Shown: positions 32,901 through 50,620 of the stretch, piece after piece
How the letters are laid out: each line of letters starts with the position of its first letter
Numbering within the stretch: the stretch's first letter is position 1
Source: Neocallimastix sp. 'constans'
Lineage: Eukaryota
Reading direction: 5' to 3'
Length of the DNA stretch: 64,000 nucleotides
NCBI GenBank assembly: GCA_050613775.1
Contig: JBODTK010000111.1
Span: forward strand, 310,001-374,000
Position numbers and translations under genes: made by a program
The notes under the pieces: model-generated
Database searches by the model: none
The model's input: the letters and a program-made list of their open reading frames with translations, nothing else
What the model was told of the DNA's origin: nothing

Positions 32901-35900
32901 TTAAATATAATATCTTATTATTTAGTATTATTATTAAAAATTTTATATTTCTATAATTATAATCTTTTTCTTTTTTTTATTTGTATAATTTTAATTTTTT
33001 TAATTTTATTGTATTTATATTGTATTTTACGGTACATTATGTATTGTATTCTTTTGTTATTGATGTATTAGCTCATTGTATATAAACTCTTCCTAACCTA
33101 TATATTTATTATATATTGATTGAACTATATAAAAATTTTTATATGCTTACACTAACCCTTTTTAGTATTGGAGAAAAATAAAAATAGATAAAAAATATTT
33201 TTTTTAATTTTATTTTATGTGAAAAGTGCCAACCGGCTAACTAACAGCGCTTTATAATAAAAAGTAAAATAAAATAAATGATATTAATTATTAAAATATA
33301 TTATTTAATGATTTTATTATTTAATGCCTTTTTTTTTTTTATTTAATTTATTTTAATTTTTTTTTACGATATATTTACTTTTTATATGAGTTTGTTTATA
33401 TATTTATATATCTTAAAGAGTGAAGGTTTTTTTTTTTTTTATTTTACTTTTTTTAAATTGCACTCTTTTTTACTAATTTTTTTACTTGAAATTTCAATAA
33501 ATTTCAAAAAAAAAATAAAAATTTTATATATATATATATATTTTAAAGTATTATTAATTTATTTTATTTTTATTAAAGTAGCTATATTTCTTTTTCGTTT
33601 TGTTTTGGAAGAAGTAAGTTATAAAGGTTTATTTAGAAGCGAAAAATATACATATATATATATGAAATAAAAATTAAATTTATAATAAATTTTATTTTTA
33701 TTAATATTGTTATTATTTTTAATAATAATATTATTATTTTTAATATTATTATTTCTATTTTAATTATAATGTTTTTTTTTTTATTTCTTTATTTATTTAA
33801 TTTATTTTTTTATTCAACCAAAAAAAAAAAAAAAATAAAAATAAAAACTTTTTCAAGTCTTTTTATATCATTTTTTATTTTATTTTATTTCATTTTATTT
33901 TATATTATCTTTCTCTACAAATAAAAAAAAAATAAAATTAAAATGGCTTTAACTATTATTATTATCGATTTATCGATTTATTATTTGTAGATAATAATAA
34001 AAATACAGCCAATATTTAAATAATTAAATAATTAAATAATTAAATATTTTTATCTAAAATAAGAAATTAGAACAAGAAATAAAAATAAAAATAAAATAAT
34101 TTTTTGTCCATCCTCCGTTGTGAAATGAAAAAAGTATCCAATAATTAGTTGACTTTTCTTTCTTTTCTTTCTTAACCTTAAAATTTATGCATTAATCATA
34201 AAATGATACCATAAAATAAAAGTGAAATAAAATAAAATTTTTTATTTTTTTTTTTTTATTTTTTTTTTACAAGAAAATAAAAATAATGAATATGATAAGA
34301 TGATCCTCAATAAATCAATAATATGAGATCAATGAATGAATGAATAAATAACATTATATAATTAATAAAATATTATATAGTTAATGAATCTTATATAGTT
34401 AATAAAAATATTATATAGTTAAGGAATATTGAATATGACCATCAATAATAAATAGATAAATAAAAATACAAAAACCTATTTATTAAAATAAAATAAAATT
34501 ATTAATAATTATGTCCTTTTTTTTTTTTATTTTATTTTATTTTATTTTATTTTATTTTATTTTATTTTTTATAATAGATAAAAAAAATTAAAGGTAGGAT
34601 TCTCTTATTTAACAAATTTTAAAACTCTTATTTTTACCATTTTTAGTTTCGACAAACAACCATTCAACCATTTAACAATTTTAGTTTCTACTGACAGCCA
34701 TTCAACCATTTAACTATTTAACTAACCCTAGCTATTTAAGGTTTATTTTATTATATAATTCATTATATCTTTTATTATATCTTTTATTTTATCTTTTATG
34801 ATATATAAATTATTATATCTTTTATTTTATCTTTTAATATATCATTTATTATATATATATTTTTTTTTATCTTTTAATATATTTTTTATTATATTTATAT
34901 TATTTTATTTTTTTATTAAATGAGCATCGCAAAGTTTTTTGGTTTTTAACTTTATGAATAAACCACAAAATCAATCATTTTCACTTTTCTCAGAAACAAC
35001 AACAAATTTGGTAAATATTTTTATTTTATAATATTTTAATATTATATTATGTTATATTATATTATATTAGATTATATTATATATCATATTGTTATTACAT
35101 ATCATATTGTTATTATATATCATATTGTTATATATTATATTTTGTAAATAATTTAATTTCTTTAAATTTCTTAATTATTTTACTTTTATGGAATGCTCAC
35201 CTTAAATTTCATTAGATACATAATAAATATATTATATTCTATATTTATTATATATTATATTATATATATTGTACATATATATTAAATACATTACTATATA
35301 ACCACCAATTTAAATTTAATTTAATCCATAAATAGAATATTTTTAATTATGGTAAAAGCTTAAATCTATATAATATACTATATAATATATATTGTTATAT
35401 ATTACTAAGTATTGTGTAATAATAATATAAAATGAAATTATCCAAAATAAAATTTATTTTTTAAATTTAAAATAAATATATTATATACTATATATTATAT
35501 ATATTAAATGAAGTAAAGAAAGAGTCATAAAATTTATTAATAAAAAAAAAACATTTTTATGTATATTAAATATATTTCAATGGTTAAATCATGAATTGTT
35601 CATTTATATCTAAATAATATATATAATAAATATAAATATAAATATAAATATAAATATAAAATAAATATAAATATAAATAAATATAAATATAAAATAAAAT
35701 AAATATATAATAAATATAAAATAAAATAAAATAAATATAAAATATATAAAGTATGATGTTGAACATATAAAAATATAAAATATAAAAATATAAAAATTAA
35801 AAAACACCTTGAAATTTTTAATTTCAAAAATGTTTAGATGGACGAATTTAAATAATAAATAAAAAGAGAATTTATTAATAAATAATAAATAATAAATAAT

Positions 35901-36003
35901 TGAATAATTGAATAATAAATAATTAGATAATAAATAATTAGATAATTGAATAATTAAATAGGTTAATAAAGATATCTATAATTATGATAAAATAATCTAT
36001 CAT

Positions 36004-36216
<213 letters not shown>

Positions 36217-36431
36217 CAGTAATCAATAATAATCAAATGAATTCCTTTTTTTTTTTAAATTTTTTTTCTTTCCTTCTTTATAATTTATAATTTATAATAT
36301 TTTAATTTTAATTATTTTTTCTTTCTTTTCTTTCCTTCTTTTTTTTTTTTTTTTTTTAAGTTTAATATATTAAAATTGTATAAAAATAAAGAAAAAAAGT
36401 TTTTTTTTATATTATATATTATACCAAAATT

Positions 36432-36462
<31 letters not shown>

Positions 36463-39400
36463 TTATTTACTGATTAAAATTAATGATAAATTAATACTAT
36501 TTATTATTATTATTCATATTAATAATAATAATAAATACATAAATAAATAAATAAATAAATAAATATAAAGTTGTTTGTGTTTTTTTTTTGAACGGTCAAT
36601 GAACATCTTTTTTTTTTTTAATTATTCTTTTAAACTTTATTTATGTGATTGTTAATAATTTTAAATAGATTGAATAAATTTATATTGATATACTTAAATA
36701 TATGTACAAAAAATATTTATATAAATTTATATTTATATATTTATATTAATATTTATATTTATATTCAATATTTATATATTTATATTCAATATTTATATAT
36801 TTATATATTTCTATTTAATATTTATATAAAATAAATAATAATAAAGTTTTTAATTTTTTTTTATTTAAATTTATTTAAATTTATGATATAAAATATTTAA
36901 AAAATATGTAAAAAGTAAATAAAAAGTAAATAAATGAAATGGTTGAGCTACATTTAAGTTAAAATAAATAAATAAATAAATAAATAAATAAATAGAAGAA
37001 GAAGAAGAGAAAGAAAGAAACCATCAAATTCTCTTCTTTTTTTTTTATATTTTAATAGAGAGAAAAAAAACAAATAAAATACTGTTTTTTTTTTTTTTTT
37101 TACTTAAGAAGTCAAACAAAAAAAAAATTAATAAAAATAAGTTCGATGTAAAAATAAAAATAAAAATAAAAATTTAAGAATTTAAAATTTAAAATTTAAA
37201 ATTCTTTAAAAAGAATTTTAAAGTTAAAAATGCTTTAAAATATTTTCTTTAATAATTTAAAGTTATTTATTTATTCTAATATTTATTTATTTATTTACAT
37301 ATTCTAATATTTATTTATTTACTATTTTAATATTTATTTATTTATTTATTTACATATTCTAATATTTATTTATTTACATATTCTAATATTTATTTATTTA
37401 CATATTCTAATGTTTATTTATTTATTTATTTCACTGCCCTGATTTTTTATTTTTTTTTAAAAAAAAACAAAGAAAAACGACTGTGAGTGATTTTAAACTA
37501 TTTAAATAAATATAAAAGTTTAAAACAAATGAAAATATATTTTTTTTTTGTTTTTGTTTTTGTTTTTTCTTCAATACTATTTAAAAGTGAAATGAAAAGG
37601 TGCCTTTATTAATTTTAATAATAAAAAAAATAAAGATAAAGATGACTATGAAAAAAAAAAGGATTAAAAGATAAAGAATTCATCTTTATAAATAATAATT
37701 AATAATATTTTATGAATTTATATCTTCTAAATAGATAAATACAAAAAAAAAAAAAAAAAAGAAAGAAAAAAAGAAAGAAAAAAATTATTAAATATTAAAT
37801 TATAGATATTATTTAAATAATAAATAATAATAAAATAATAAATAGATAAATATAATTAATTATAATTAAATAATAAATAATAATAAAATAATAATAAATA
37901 AATATAATTAAATAATAAATAATAATAAAATAATAATAAATAAATATAATTAAATAATAAATAAATATAATTAAATAATAAATAATATTATTTAATGATA
38001 TTTATTTTATAACATAAAAAAAAAATTTAAACATTTCAACTCTAAATTAAATATAAAAAAAATAATTAAATATAAAAAATAATTAAATATAAAAAAGAAT
38101 TTAAAATTTAAAAATAATTAAAAAAAAATTTTTTAAATTTTTTATATTAAAATCTTTGAAAATTTTTGAATTTCATTTATTCCATTTATTAATTCATAAA
38201 AGAGAAATTCATTCCTTAATTTATGATATTGAATTGAATTAATATAAAATTCATTACTACTCCTAATATATTCATTAACTTTATTTCCTCTTTTATCCTC
38301 TTTTTTCCTTTTATTTTTTTTTTTAAATTAGAAAAAAAAAATATCACGTCATTTTATTATTATTAATTATTATTATTATTATTATTAATTATTATTATTA
38401 TTATTATTATTATTAGTATTAGTAATACTATTTATATATAAATTTATTACAACAATGAACTACCTACACAAGTTGATGATGAACCACACCATACTAATAC
38501 TAATATTAAATACTAATAATATTTCATAATTAAAGCATAAGGATAATTAATACTAACGAATGATTTAGAGTCAATAAGAATAATAATTGATACTTTTTCA
38601 TTACATTCTTTATTCCTATACTGTTTAGAGAGGATTAAAAAAAAAAGGATATAAAACAACTAAATGATATAAAATAAAAAATTTCATACTGATATTATTA
38701 TTTATTATGACTTATTATTCTTATTACTATTCTTATTATTATTTATTAAAATAATTTTTTTTTAAACCAAATAAATAAATAAATAAATAAATAAATATGA
38801 ATATATATATATGAATTATGAATTATGAATTATGAATTATGAATATAATATATAATATATATATATTATAAATATGAAATATTATAAGACAGAAATAAAT
38901 ATAAAAAAAAAAAGTTTAATAGAAATGAGCCAATGAAACGAAATAAAATTTAATATGGAATAGAGTTATAAATAATTTATTCTAAATAATATATATAATA
39001 AACTATCTATTATATATTATACTATTTAATATTTATATATACTATATCTATAATTTATATATACTACTTAATATTTATATAATTTATATAATTTATATAC
39101 TATTTATAAACTATCTATAATTTATATACTATATATATTATTCATATAATATATAATTTAATTTATTTTTATTTTCTTATTTTTTATTTTTTTTATTTTT
39201 GATGTGCCTTGACTTTACCACACAATCATAATTTATTTATTTATTTATTTATTTTGAATTTACCATTCATTCTCTTTTTCCAAATTTCAACTTCTTAAAT
39301 TCCTATATTTTATATATTTTATATATTTCTATATTTTATATATTTTATATATTTTATATATTTTATATATTTTATATATTTTATATATTTTATATATTTA

Positions 39401-42400
39401 TTATTTAATAATAGATATCTTTAATGGCAGATATAAATGAGTCTAATCATTGACTTTTTTTTTTTATTTTCTATCATCGATAATGGATAATAAAATATAA
39501 AATTATTTTTGGTATAGATAATTATTTTATTAGACCATCGGTATGAAAGGATTATCTATTTTTATTCAATCGGATTTTCATCCCATCTATTTTAATATAT
39601 AAAATAGTATCAATCATTATATTATATTTATTATATTATTTAACAAGTTATTATATTATCTGTTATTTATCGATTAATGATCTTTATTTATTATTTTCAT
39701 ATCTATTTATTTTATATTTTACTTTATTTTATATTTTACTTTATTTTATTATGCTTTATTTTATTCTTTTTTTTTTTTACATTAAAAAGAAATATTTTAG
39801 GCTCTTGTTATGTTTTTATCCTATGAAATATAATAATAATAATTAAAATAAAAATAAAAAAAAAAACATTTTATTATTATTATTATTTTAATATTGGGCT
39901 TTGTAAAAAAAATTAAATTAAAAAAAAAAAAGTATATTAGATTATTAATTTATATAATAATTTATATTTATATATATCTGTTTATATAATAATTTATATT
40001 CCTATATGTGCTAATATGGATAGTTTTGTATAATTTATATATTATTTATTATGTATAATCTATCTATCTAATAATTGTATTGAAAATTATTTAAAAATTG
40101 AAATTAAAAATTACTTTTTTTGGCAAGTAAGGTCTAAAGAAGGAAAGTGACATAAATTAACAGTCAATTTGTAATATATGGTTTTTATTCTTAATGAATT
40201 TATTCAAGTTAAAAAAAAAAACATGGAAAAATTAAAAAAAAATTTTTTTAATAATTATTTTAATTTAAATTTTTTTTTATAAATGTTAAATAAATTAAAT
40301 TTAATTTATTATAAAATTAATAAATAATATTAATAAATAAATAAATAATGAATGAATATAATATTTTCTATATATTATATATAAAATAGATAGAATAGAA
40401 TATATAAATATATATAAATATTTTTCTGTATTTTTTTAAATTTTTAATTTATAAATTTTGTAATTCATTATTTATTTAATATCTTAATATATCTTATTAT
40501 CTATTATATATAATAGATATTATTTAATATAATAATGGGATGATTTTTTTTAAAAAAAAAAATAAATTAGGAATAAACTTTATTTAATAATATTTATTAC
40601 AAAAAAAAATTAAAAAAAATAAAAAAAATAGTTAAATAAATTTTTTTTTTTTTTGTAACATTAACTTAAACGGTATTGAGGAATAAAACGGCCTCTTAAC
40701 ACGCTTTCTCATTCATCAATGATAAAATTCCTTTTGTGGATAAAAAAAAAATTATTTTTAATTTTATTCGGTTATCAGATTTTTTTTTTTTACCTTATTG
40801 TTTAGATGTTGACGCCTTTTGACCACAGTAAGGTCTAATGCCATACAAAATATTAATTAAAAGTGTAAAAAATCACACTTAATCACTTCAATAGGTATAC
40901 CATTGAGTAAAAAGGAAATTTGTCAAGTCCCACAAAATATGAAATTAGGAAAAAAAGAACTCTCTCAATGGTAAATTGAAAAAAAAAATTATTATTAATT
41001 AAAAAAAAGCCTTCTTTTACCCCCGAAAGGGATTCATTAGGATTTCATAAACTTAATATTTTCCGCCAAGAAGAAGAGATAATTTATAAAAAAAAAAAAA
41101 AAAATATTATTATTAATGGAATTCTTCCTCTTTGCCATCCATCAGGAAAGTTTTAAATGTTATCTCATGAGCCATCAGAGGAAAAAAAAAAAAAAATTAT
41201 AAAAAAATATATATATCATCAATAAATTGAATTGAATGAATTGTTGTAAAAAATTCTTCAAATCTATAGGACGTAAAAGTATCCAATATGTAAAACTTTG
41301 GTAGGCTGTTACCCTTACCACCACCATCACAACCAAGATGTCATATTAGGTAATCTTCTGATACTATTTTACTTTTTTTTTTTTTTTTTTATATAAAAGA
41401 TTTGACATCACATTGGAATCCATATTTTAATTTATCCAATCCAATAAAAAAAAAAAAATCCAAAAGAAAATTTTTTAACGATTTTAGTTGAGAGATGTTG
41501 AATAAAGAAAAAAAAATTTTTTTTTTAAAAAAAAACCAAATTTAAAACTTTTACCATTTAAATTGATTCTTAATGGGTGAAAAGTACGTGTAGAATGAAC
41601 ATTTTCCCAGTTAAATTTTCTGTATTTCACCAAGAAAGTTAAATGATGGTGTTTGTGTATTGTTAAGATGTTATCTGTATTCATTCTTTACTATTTGAAC
41701 TATGAACATGTGAAATCTATTTTTAAATTAAATGATTACTTTCACAATTACATTACATGAAATAAAATATGTATATAAAATAAAATATATATATATAATA
41801 AAATATATAAATTATATAAATTATATAATATATATATAAAATAAAATATATATAGAATAAAATATATATTATATATAATTTATATATTATATATAAAATA
41901 TAAATTGCAATATATTTATGATATGATATATATTAGTAAAAATAAATTTAAAATATAAAATTTAAATATTTAAAATATTAAAAAAAAAAAAAAAAAAATC
42001 TCTAAATCATCTTCATTGGTTCCAAAATAAAAAATAAAAAAAAAAAAAAAACTTTTTATACATAAAATAGATAAATAGATGGAATATTTATTGAAATAAT
42101 TTATTTAATTATTAGAATTATTAGAATAATTATTATTTATTATTATTTATTTATTATTATTTATTTATTATTATTTATTTATTATAAAAATAAAGGCCTT
42201 TCATTCTGTCAATCTTTCCTATATTTTCTATGCAATAAAAATTAATAAATGAAATAAGATAAAATAAAATATAATAAAATAATAGAATTCTATTCATTTC
42301 TTTTTTTTTTTTTTAATTTTTTTTTAAATTTTTTTTTAAATTTTAAATTTTTATATTTTTAAAAATTTTCATATGTTAAAATAAAAATAAAAATAAAAAA

Positions 42401-45009
42401 TATAAAAATATAAAATTTTTGGATAAATTATTAAACTTTTACTATTATTATAAAATACAATCAAATACAGTTTTTTTATTATTAATTATTATAAAATACA
42501 ATGTTGTAATTATTATTAACTATTATTATAAAATACAATGTTGTATTATTATTAATATAACAATCTTTTTATTATTATTATTATTAATTAATTAATAATT
42601 TATTGATTTAATAATTTCGTTATTGATTAATTATTAATTATTATATAGTATTTGTAATTGAATGATTATTATTTTTTTTTTCTAAACTATTTGTTGTTGT
42701 TTTTTTTTCATTCATGGGTTTATCTAAGATATTTAATCGATTAAATACAAATAAAATATAATAAAATAAAATAAATTTATTTTTGCATCATATTATGACA
42801 TATTTATAAACTAAACTATATTAAAGAAAAGTAAAATAATTAAATAATTAAATAATTAAATATTAAATATTATTAATGAATAATCATAAATATAGAGATA
42901 TATAGAGATATATATATTCATATACATATATTCATATTAATATAGATATAAATATAGATATACACCCTTATTTTAATTCTATTTTTTATTTCTTTCTTCT
43001 TTTGATATTACTTAATCGATAGAAAGAATAGAAAGAGAATTTTTTTTTTCTGTTAATATGATATATATAAAAATAAAATAAAATTTATTTTCTTATCATA
43101 AATGAATGAAAATACCTCAAAGTTATAAATATATATATATATTTATAAAGTATATTGAATTTGAATAATAAAACTTTTTTTTTTTTTTTTTTTTTTTTAG
43201 TTAAATTTTAGGGTTAAATTTAATAATACTAAATAAATATTATTAAATGTATATAAAATCTATATATTTTATTAAATAATGATCTTATAATGAATCCACA
43301 AAAAAACAAAAAAATTTTTTTTTTCCATAAAAACCCTAATCCTAAATCTCTAAGGATAATATTGGAAAAACTATTATTTATTATTCATTATTTGTTATGT
43401 AGTAATTATTATTATTATTATTTATTAATTTTTTTTTTATATATTATATATATAAAATTGAAATAATTCATATATTCTTAAAATCATTTTTAGTCATGGT
43501 AATCCTACTAAAAAATATAATAATAATAATAATAAATAATAATTAATACATAATAATAATAATAATAAATTATTTAGCTATTGAAATGATAATGAAAAAA
43601 GAATAATTATTAAATATATAAGATATTGAATAATTCAAATGACAATGATCAAGTAAATGGAATAGTAAGTAAAAAATAAATAAGTCAATAAATTAACTGC
43701 CCAAAACCATAATAATAATAATGAATTTTTTATTTTTATTTTAATTTTAATTTTATTTTAATTTTAATTTTATTTTTGTTTTTATTTTTTTTTAATTATC
43801 TTTTTATGGTTTTTTATGTTTTTTTTTTTTTTTATTTAAATAAAATAAAATAAATTTATTTATTATTTTTTTAAAAAAATTATTTTAAAATTTTATTAAT
43901 TTTATGCAATTCCAAACATTTTTATTTTTTTTTAAAATTTCATATTTATCAATATTTTATTTATTTATTTATATATATATTTATATCTATTTATCTATAC
44001 ATCTAATTATTTATCTATTTACTTATATTATATTAATATTAATTTTATTTTATATATATATATATATATATTTTTTTTTTTTAATTTTATATATTTAATA
44101 TCTAATATTATTATTTTAATTATTATTATTATTATTATTATTTTTTTTAAGCTTTGCAAAGTTAATGTCAATTCCTTTTTTTATCCATTTTATCCATTTA
44201 TTAAAAAATTTATATACAATTTTCTTTATTTTTTTTTTTTTAAAAATATTCTATTCAGAATAATGAAGAAATTATTATTATGAAATTTTTTTTTTGTTTT
44301 ATAATAATATATTTTAATCTAATTTTTTTTTTTTAAAAAAAAAACAACTATTATATATATATATTTATCTTTTATTTTATTTATATATATATATATATAT
44401 TTTTTTTTTTTCCTTTTTTTTTTAAATTTTTTTTAATTTTTTTTTTTTTTAATTTAATTGTTTTTCCTTTTTTTTTAATAAAGAATTAAAAGATTTTTAC
44501 TTTTTACTTTTTAGTATATAAATAATTAAATTGTCATAATAAACATAATAAATATAAAGTAAAAATAAAAAAATAAAAAAAATAAAAACTAAATATTTTT
44601 TCTTATTTTTTTTTCTTCTTTTTAAATTAAAAGGTCATGTCCTTTTTTTTAACATTTCGTTGGTTAAAAAAATCAAGTTAAGGTTTAAGTTAAGCTTTAG
44701 ATATAAAATAAAAAAAAAAAAATTAAAATTAAAATTTAAAATAAAAAAATTATTTAAAACTTAAAAAAATTTTTTAAATTTTATCCAATTTAGTTTTAAA
44801 TTATCTTTAGTATTATTATTAAAAATTTCTTTCAAATTAGTATTTATTATTCCATTTTTATTAGTTATTTATTATTAATTATTATTTTTTAATGAATACT
44901 CTTTTTATTATTATTTATTTTATTATTTATTATTAATAATTTATTATTTATAATACTCTTATTATTTATTTAATCATTTAATCATTTATTATTTATTAAT
45001 AAATACTCT

Positions 45010-46055
<1,046 letters not shown>

Positions 46056-46408
46056 TCTATAATTAGATAGATAATTGTTATATAAATAAAAATACATTTA
46101 TATCCATGTACATGTTTATGTTTATGTAAATGTACATAATATGTGCAATTATGAAAGTGAGTAGAGAAACTACAACTGCAATACAATACATTACAATCTA
46201 CATTATAATAAATATTATAATAAATATTATAATAAATGTATGATATGAATGAAATAGGTATGAATGTACATTACATTAAACTATTAAATACATTTTTTAT
46301 TTTATTTTATTTCATTTTTTGAAAGTTTTTAAAAATTTAAATTCTTAAAAATTTTAATTAATTAAATTCATCACCTTAAAAAGATCCTCTTATTTTTTTT
46401 CTCCATTT

Positions 46409-46440
<32 letters not shown>

Positions 46441-46950
46441 TTTTTGCTTTTAAAATGAATTAAATGATAATATTTTTATCTATTACTACTATTTTTTATC
46501 TTTTATTTTATTTATATTTTTTATATAAATAAAATTCAATTATCATTATTTATTTATGTAATTATTTTTTTTTTATAAGAAAGAATAAATCATAGTTAAA
46601 TCTTTATATAAAATAATAATTATAATGGAAAGAAATGGCATAGATTATCTACTTTTTTTTTTTTTTCAACTATTATAAAATAAAAAAAATAATAATAATA
46701 AAGTATATTATCTATAAAGGTTGAAATATAATAATATGATAAATTATATTATATATTGTAGGTATTTAGGTGTTATAGGTGTATATATAATTTTTTTTTT
46801 TTATCTTTTTATTATTTTATTTTTTTTTATTTTTTTTTTATTTCATTTTATTAATTTTTTTTTTATTTGTTAATTCAACTTTCATAATAATAATAATAAT
46901 AATAATAATTAATAATTAATAATAATAATTAATAATTAATAATAAATATT

Positions 46951-47020
<70 letters not shown>

Positions 47021-48627
47021 CAGATGATTTTTTTTACTTATTATTTTTAAATCATTGCATAACAACTACTGTAGGTGAGATGGATAACCACACACTATCT
47101 AATTTCATATAAATATTAAATTTTATATAATTTTAATTTTTTTAATTTTTTTTTTTTTTTTTTTTTTTTTTAGATTTTTTAATTAATATAATAATTTAAT
47201 TAATCATTTTATTATTATTAATTTATTATTATTATTATTATTATTTATGGTTTAATTATTATTATTAATATTATTAATATCTTTTTAATTAATTTATATC
47301 TATCTCTTAAAAATTATATATTTTATTTAGGTCATCATTTTGCTTGTTTGTTTATTAATAAGCAAATAAATGATATTTCTATTTATATTTTAATCGTTTT
47401 TTAAATGAAGAAAATTTTATTTTTTTTTAATTCATTAATTATAAATCATTATTATTAATTATTAATTTATATATATATATATATAAGAAATAAAAAAATA
47501 TAAATAAATTATGCATGATGCATAATGCATGATAAAATTATATAAAAAAAACAATTTTTTTTTTTTTTATCATGATTTAAATTTATATAGTGGTAGGGTT
47601 CAAATCTCAAATCTTTTTTTAATTTTTTTTTATTTAATAATCTCTTTTTTCTTTTTAATAATAAATAAATATATTATTATTATTTTTTTTTAATTATTAA
47701 TTAAAACTAAAAAAAAAAAAAATTAAAAAAATTAAAGTAAAAATTAAAAATTAAAATTTAGTAGTAAAGAATAACCATTATTTCAAATGAACCATTGAAT
47801 CCTATCCTTATGACTGTAAATAATTTAACCTTTTTTTTTTTATCATTTGAATTTATGCATGGATTCATTGTTTCCTCCCTTTTTTTTTTTTTTTTTTTTT
47901 TATCATTTGAATTTATGCATGGATTCATTGTTTCCTCCCCTTTTTTTTTTTTTTTTTAAAATTAAAATTTCTATCTCTCCATTATTATCCATTATTATAA
48001 TTATTATTTTATTTTATTTATTTATTTTTATATTCTATTTAATTCTTATTCTATTTTATTTCTTATTCTAATTTCTTCTCTCTCTCTTTTTTATCTTCTA
48101 TTTTTCTAATTTTTGTTCCCCACCTTTCTTAATTCATGCATACATACAGTAAAAAGTAAAAAAAAAAAAAAAAAAAATTAAAAATATAAATAAAAAAAAT
48201 TATAATATAAAAAAATTATAATTAAAAAAATTATAATTAAAAAAATTATAATTAATATTAAAAAAAAAAAACTATTTCATAGTTCATCTATTTATCTTTT
48301 TTTTTTTTTTTTTTTTTTATATTTTTCTATTTATTTTTCTATTTATTTATTTATTTATTTATTTTTTAATTCATTATGCATAATATATAATATAATTTTA
48401 TATATAATATATATAAAATTAAAGACATTTATTTCTCCCCCTTTTTTACTTCTCTTAATTCATACTTTTAAATACTATGAAAAAAAAAAAAAGAATTTTT
48501 TTTTATCCTATATTATTCTTTTTTTATTTTTTATTTATTTATTTTTTTTTTTTTCATTTAAAGTTATCTTTATCTATTTGTTTATTTTTTATTTTATTTT
48601 ATTTTAATGGAAAAAACTACGAACATT

Positions 48628-48659
<32 letters not shown>

Positions 48660-49005
48660 GTGAAATCCTTTAAAGCTTATTTTTTCTTTCTTTCTTTCTT
48701 TCTTTTTTTTTTTTTTTTTAATCTTATTTAATTAATTTAAGTTCTTTTTCTATATTTTGATGTCTTGATACTATCTTTTTTAAAACTTTTAGTAATAATA
48801 TAATTTTTAAAAATAATTATTATTTATCTTTTTTTATTTTTATTTTTATTTTCTTTTATTATATTTTCTTTTTTTCATTATAATTAATTTTTAAATTTTA
48901 TTGTCATAATTTTTTTTTTGTAATACTTTGCCTTTTGGAATGTTTCATTTTTGTTAATTTAATTTTTATTATTAAATTTTTTTTAATTTATAATTTTTAT
49001 AAATA

Positions 49006-49036
<31 letters not shown>

Positions 49037-49249
49037 CTTTTTTTTTGTATACATATAATCTTTATGAATATATTATTTCTTTGATTATTTTTTTTTATGG
49101 TTTAAAAATATCAAATAAACCTATTTAATAACTTTATTTTCATAATTTCAAAAAAAAAAAAAGAAAAAATTAATTAAAAATTTCATCAACAAAAAAAAAA
49201 AAAAAAAAAATTGAAGAGGAAGGATTCACCAAAAAAAAAAAGAAAACTG

Positions 49250-49323
<74 letters not shown>

Positions 49324-49356
49324 CCAAATATCTATATATTAGGAATGACTATGAAA

Positions 49357-49397
<41 letters not shown>

Positions 49398-49524
49398 TGG
49401 TGGTGGTGTCCCCTCGGAGAAGGGAGAAGGGGGAGGGAGTTGAAGGAACAATTAGACTAGCTAAAGTCGATTCGATTCGATTCGATTCGATCTACTTTAC
49501 TTCGTCTTTGTTTTTCTGTTTTCT

Positions 49525-49567
<43 letters not shown>

Positions 49568-50269
49568 CAGTTTTTTCCGTTTTTCAGTTTTTTTCAGTTT
49601 TTTTTCAGTGTTTTTTTTTTTTTTTATTACCACGCTCGCCGCTACACCGCAAGAACAAGTTTAGCAGTTAGCATGTTGCCAATGTTGAGTTCATCATCAT
49701 CCTCTCTGATCCTCTCTCTGATAACTAATTTGCTTTTTTTTTTTTTCTGTTCATCCGCCCATTCCCGTGGGTGTGGAAAGAGTTGATTTTCTATTTTCTA
49801 TGAATACTCCTTCTCCTCCTCCTTTTTTTTTTTTTTTTATTTATTATTTATTTTTTTATCATTTTTTTTATAATTCTCTTCAAGCGTGTCTTCTTTCTTC
49901 TTTTCCTGATCCTTTCTATTTTTTTTATCCTTTTTTTTTTAATCCTTTTCGAATCATGTCTTCTTTTTCTGATCCTTCACATTTTTTTTTGTAGAGATTT
50001 GCGGTTTTTGTGATTTAATCATTTTTTTTTTTTTTTTTTTTTACATTGCGTTATATATTTATATTATAACCATTTTTAAGACTTATATATCGTGGTCAAA
50101 GACCTATATATCGTGGTCTTTGAGGGAAGAGAAGAAAAGAAGATTAAAAAATAAAAAAAAAAAGAAGAAGCCTCTTTTTTTTTTTTTTTTTTTAAAGAGC
50201 ACTAAATGAAAAACTTATCCAACCACATTTAGCATCATTTTTTTGTAGTTTTTTTTTTATTACTATTTT

Positions 50270-50506
50270 TTTGAGGAACATTCGCTCCGATGGAGTGAAA
50301 TCAAAAAAAAAAAAAATTTATTTTTATTTTTATTTTATTTTTTTTTAAAATATAATGTTATCCAAATATTTCTTACTCCTCTTCTTAATATGAATAGACA
50401 TCATTATAAAGAACACTGTTTTCTTTCTTCTTTAGAGAGATCATAGAAATGTTTGGAGATAACATGAATCACTTCTAATTCAGGTTTAAAATCTTTAATT
50501 CTTGTT

Positions 50507-50547
<41 letters not shown>

Positions 50548-50563
50548 TTTTCATATAAAATAA

Positions 50564-50620
<57 letters not shown>

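Noticed and set aside
43200..43345. TTAGGG / CCCTAA telomere-like hexamers
   Set aside because: Isolated single units, not an array.
47585..47608. TATAGTGGTA next to GGTTCAAATCTC, resembling tRNA A and B boxes
   Set aside because: No anticodon arm or acceptor stem; the boxes abut and cannot form a cloverleaf.
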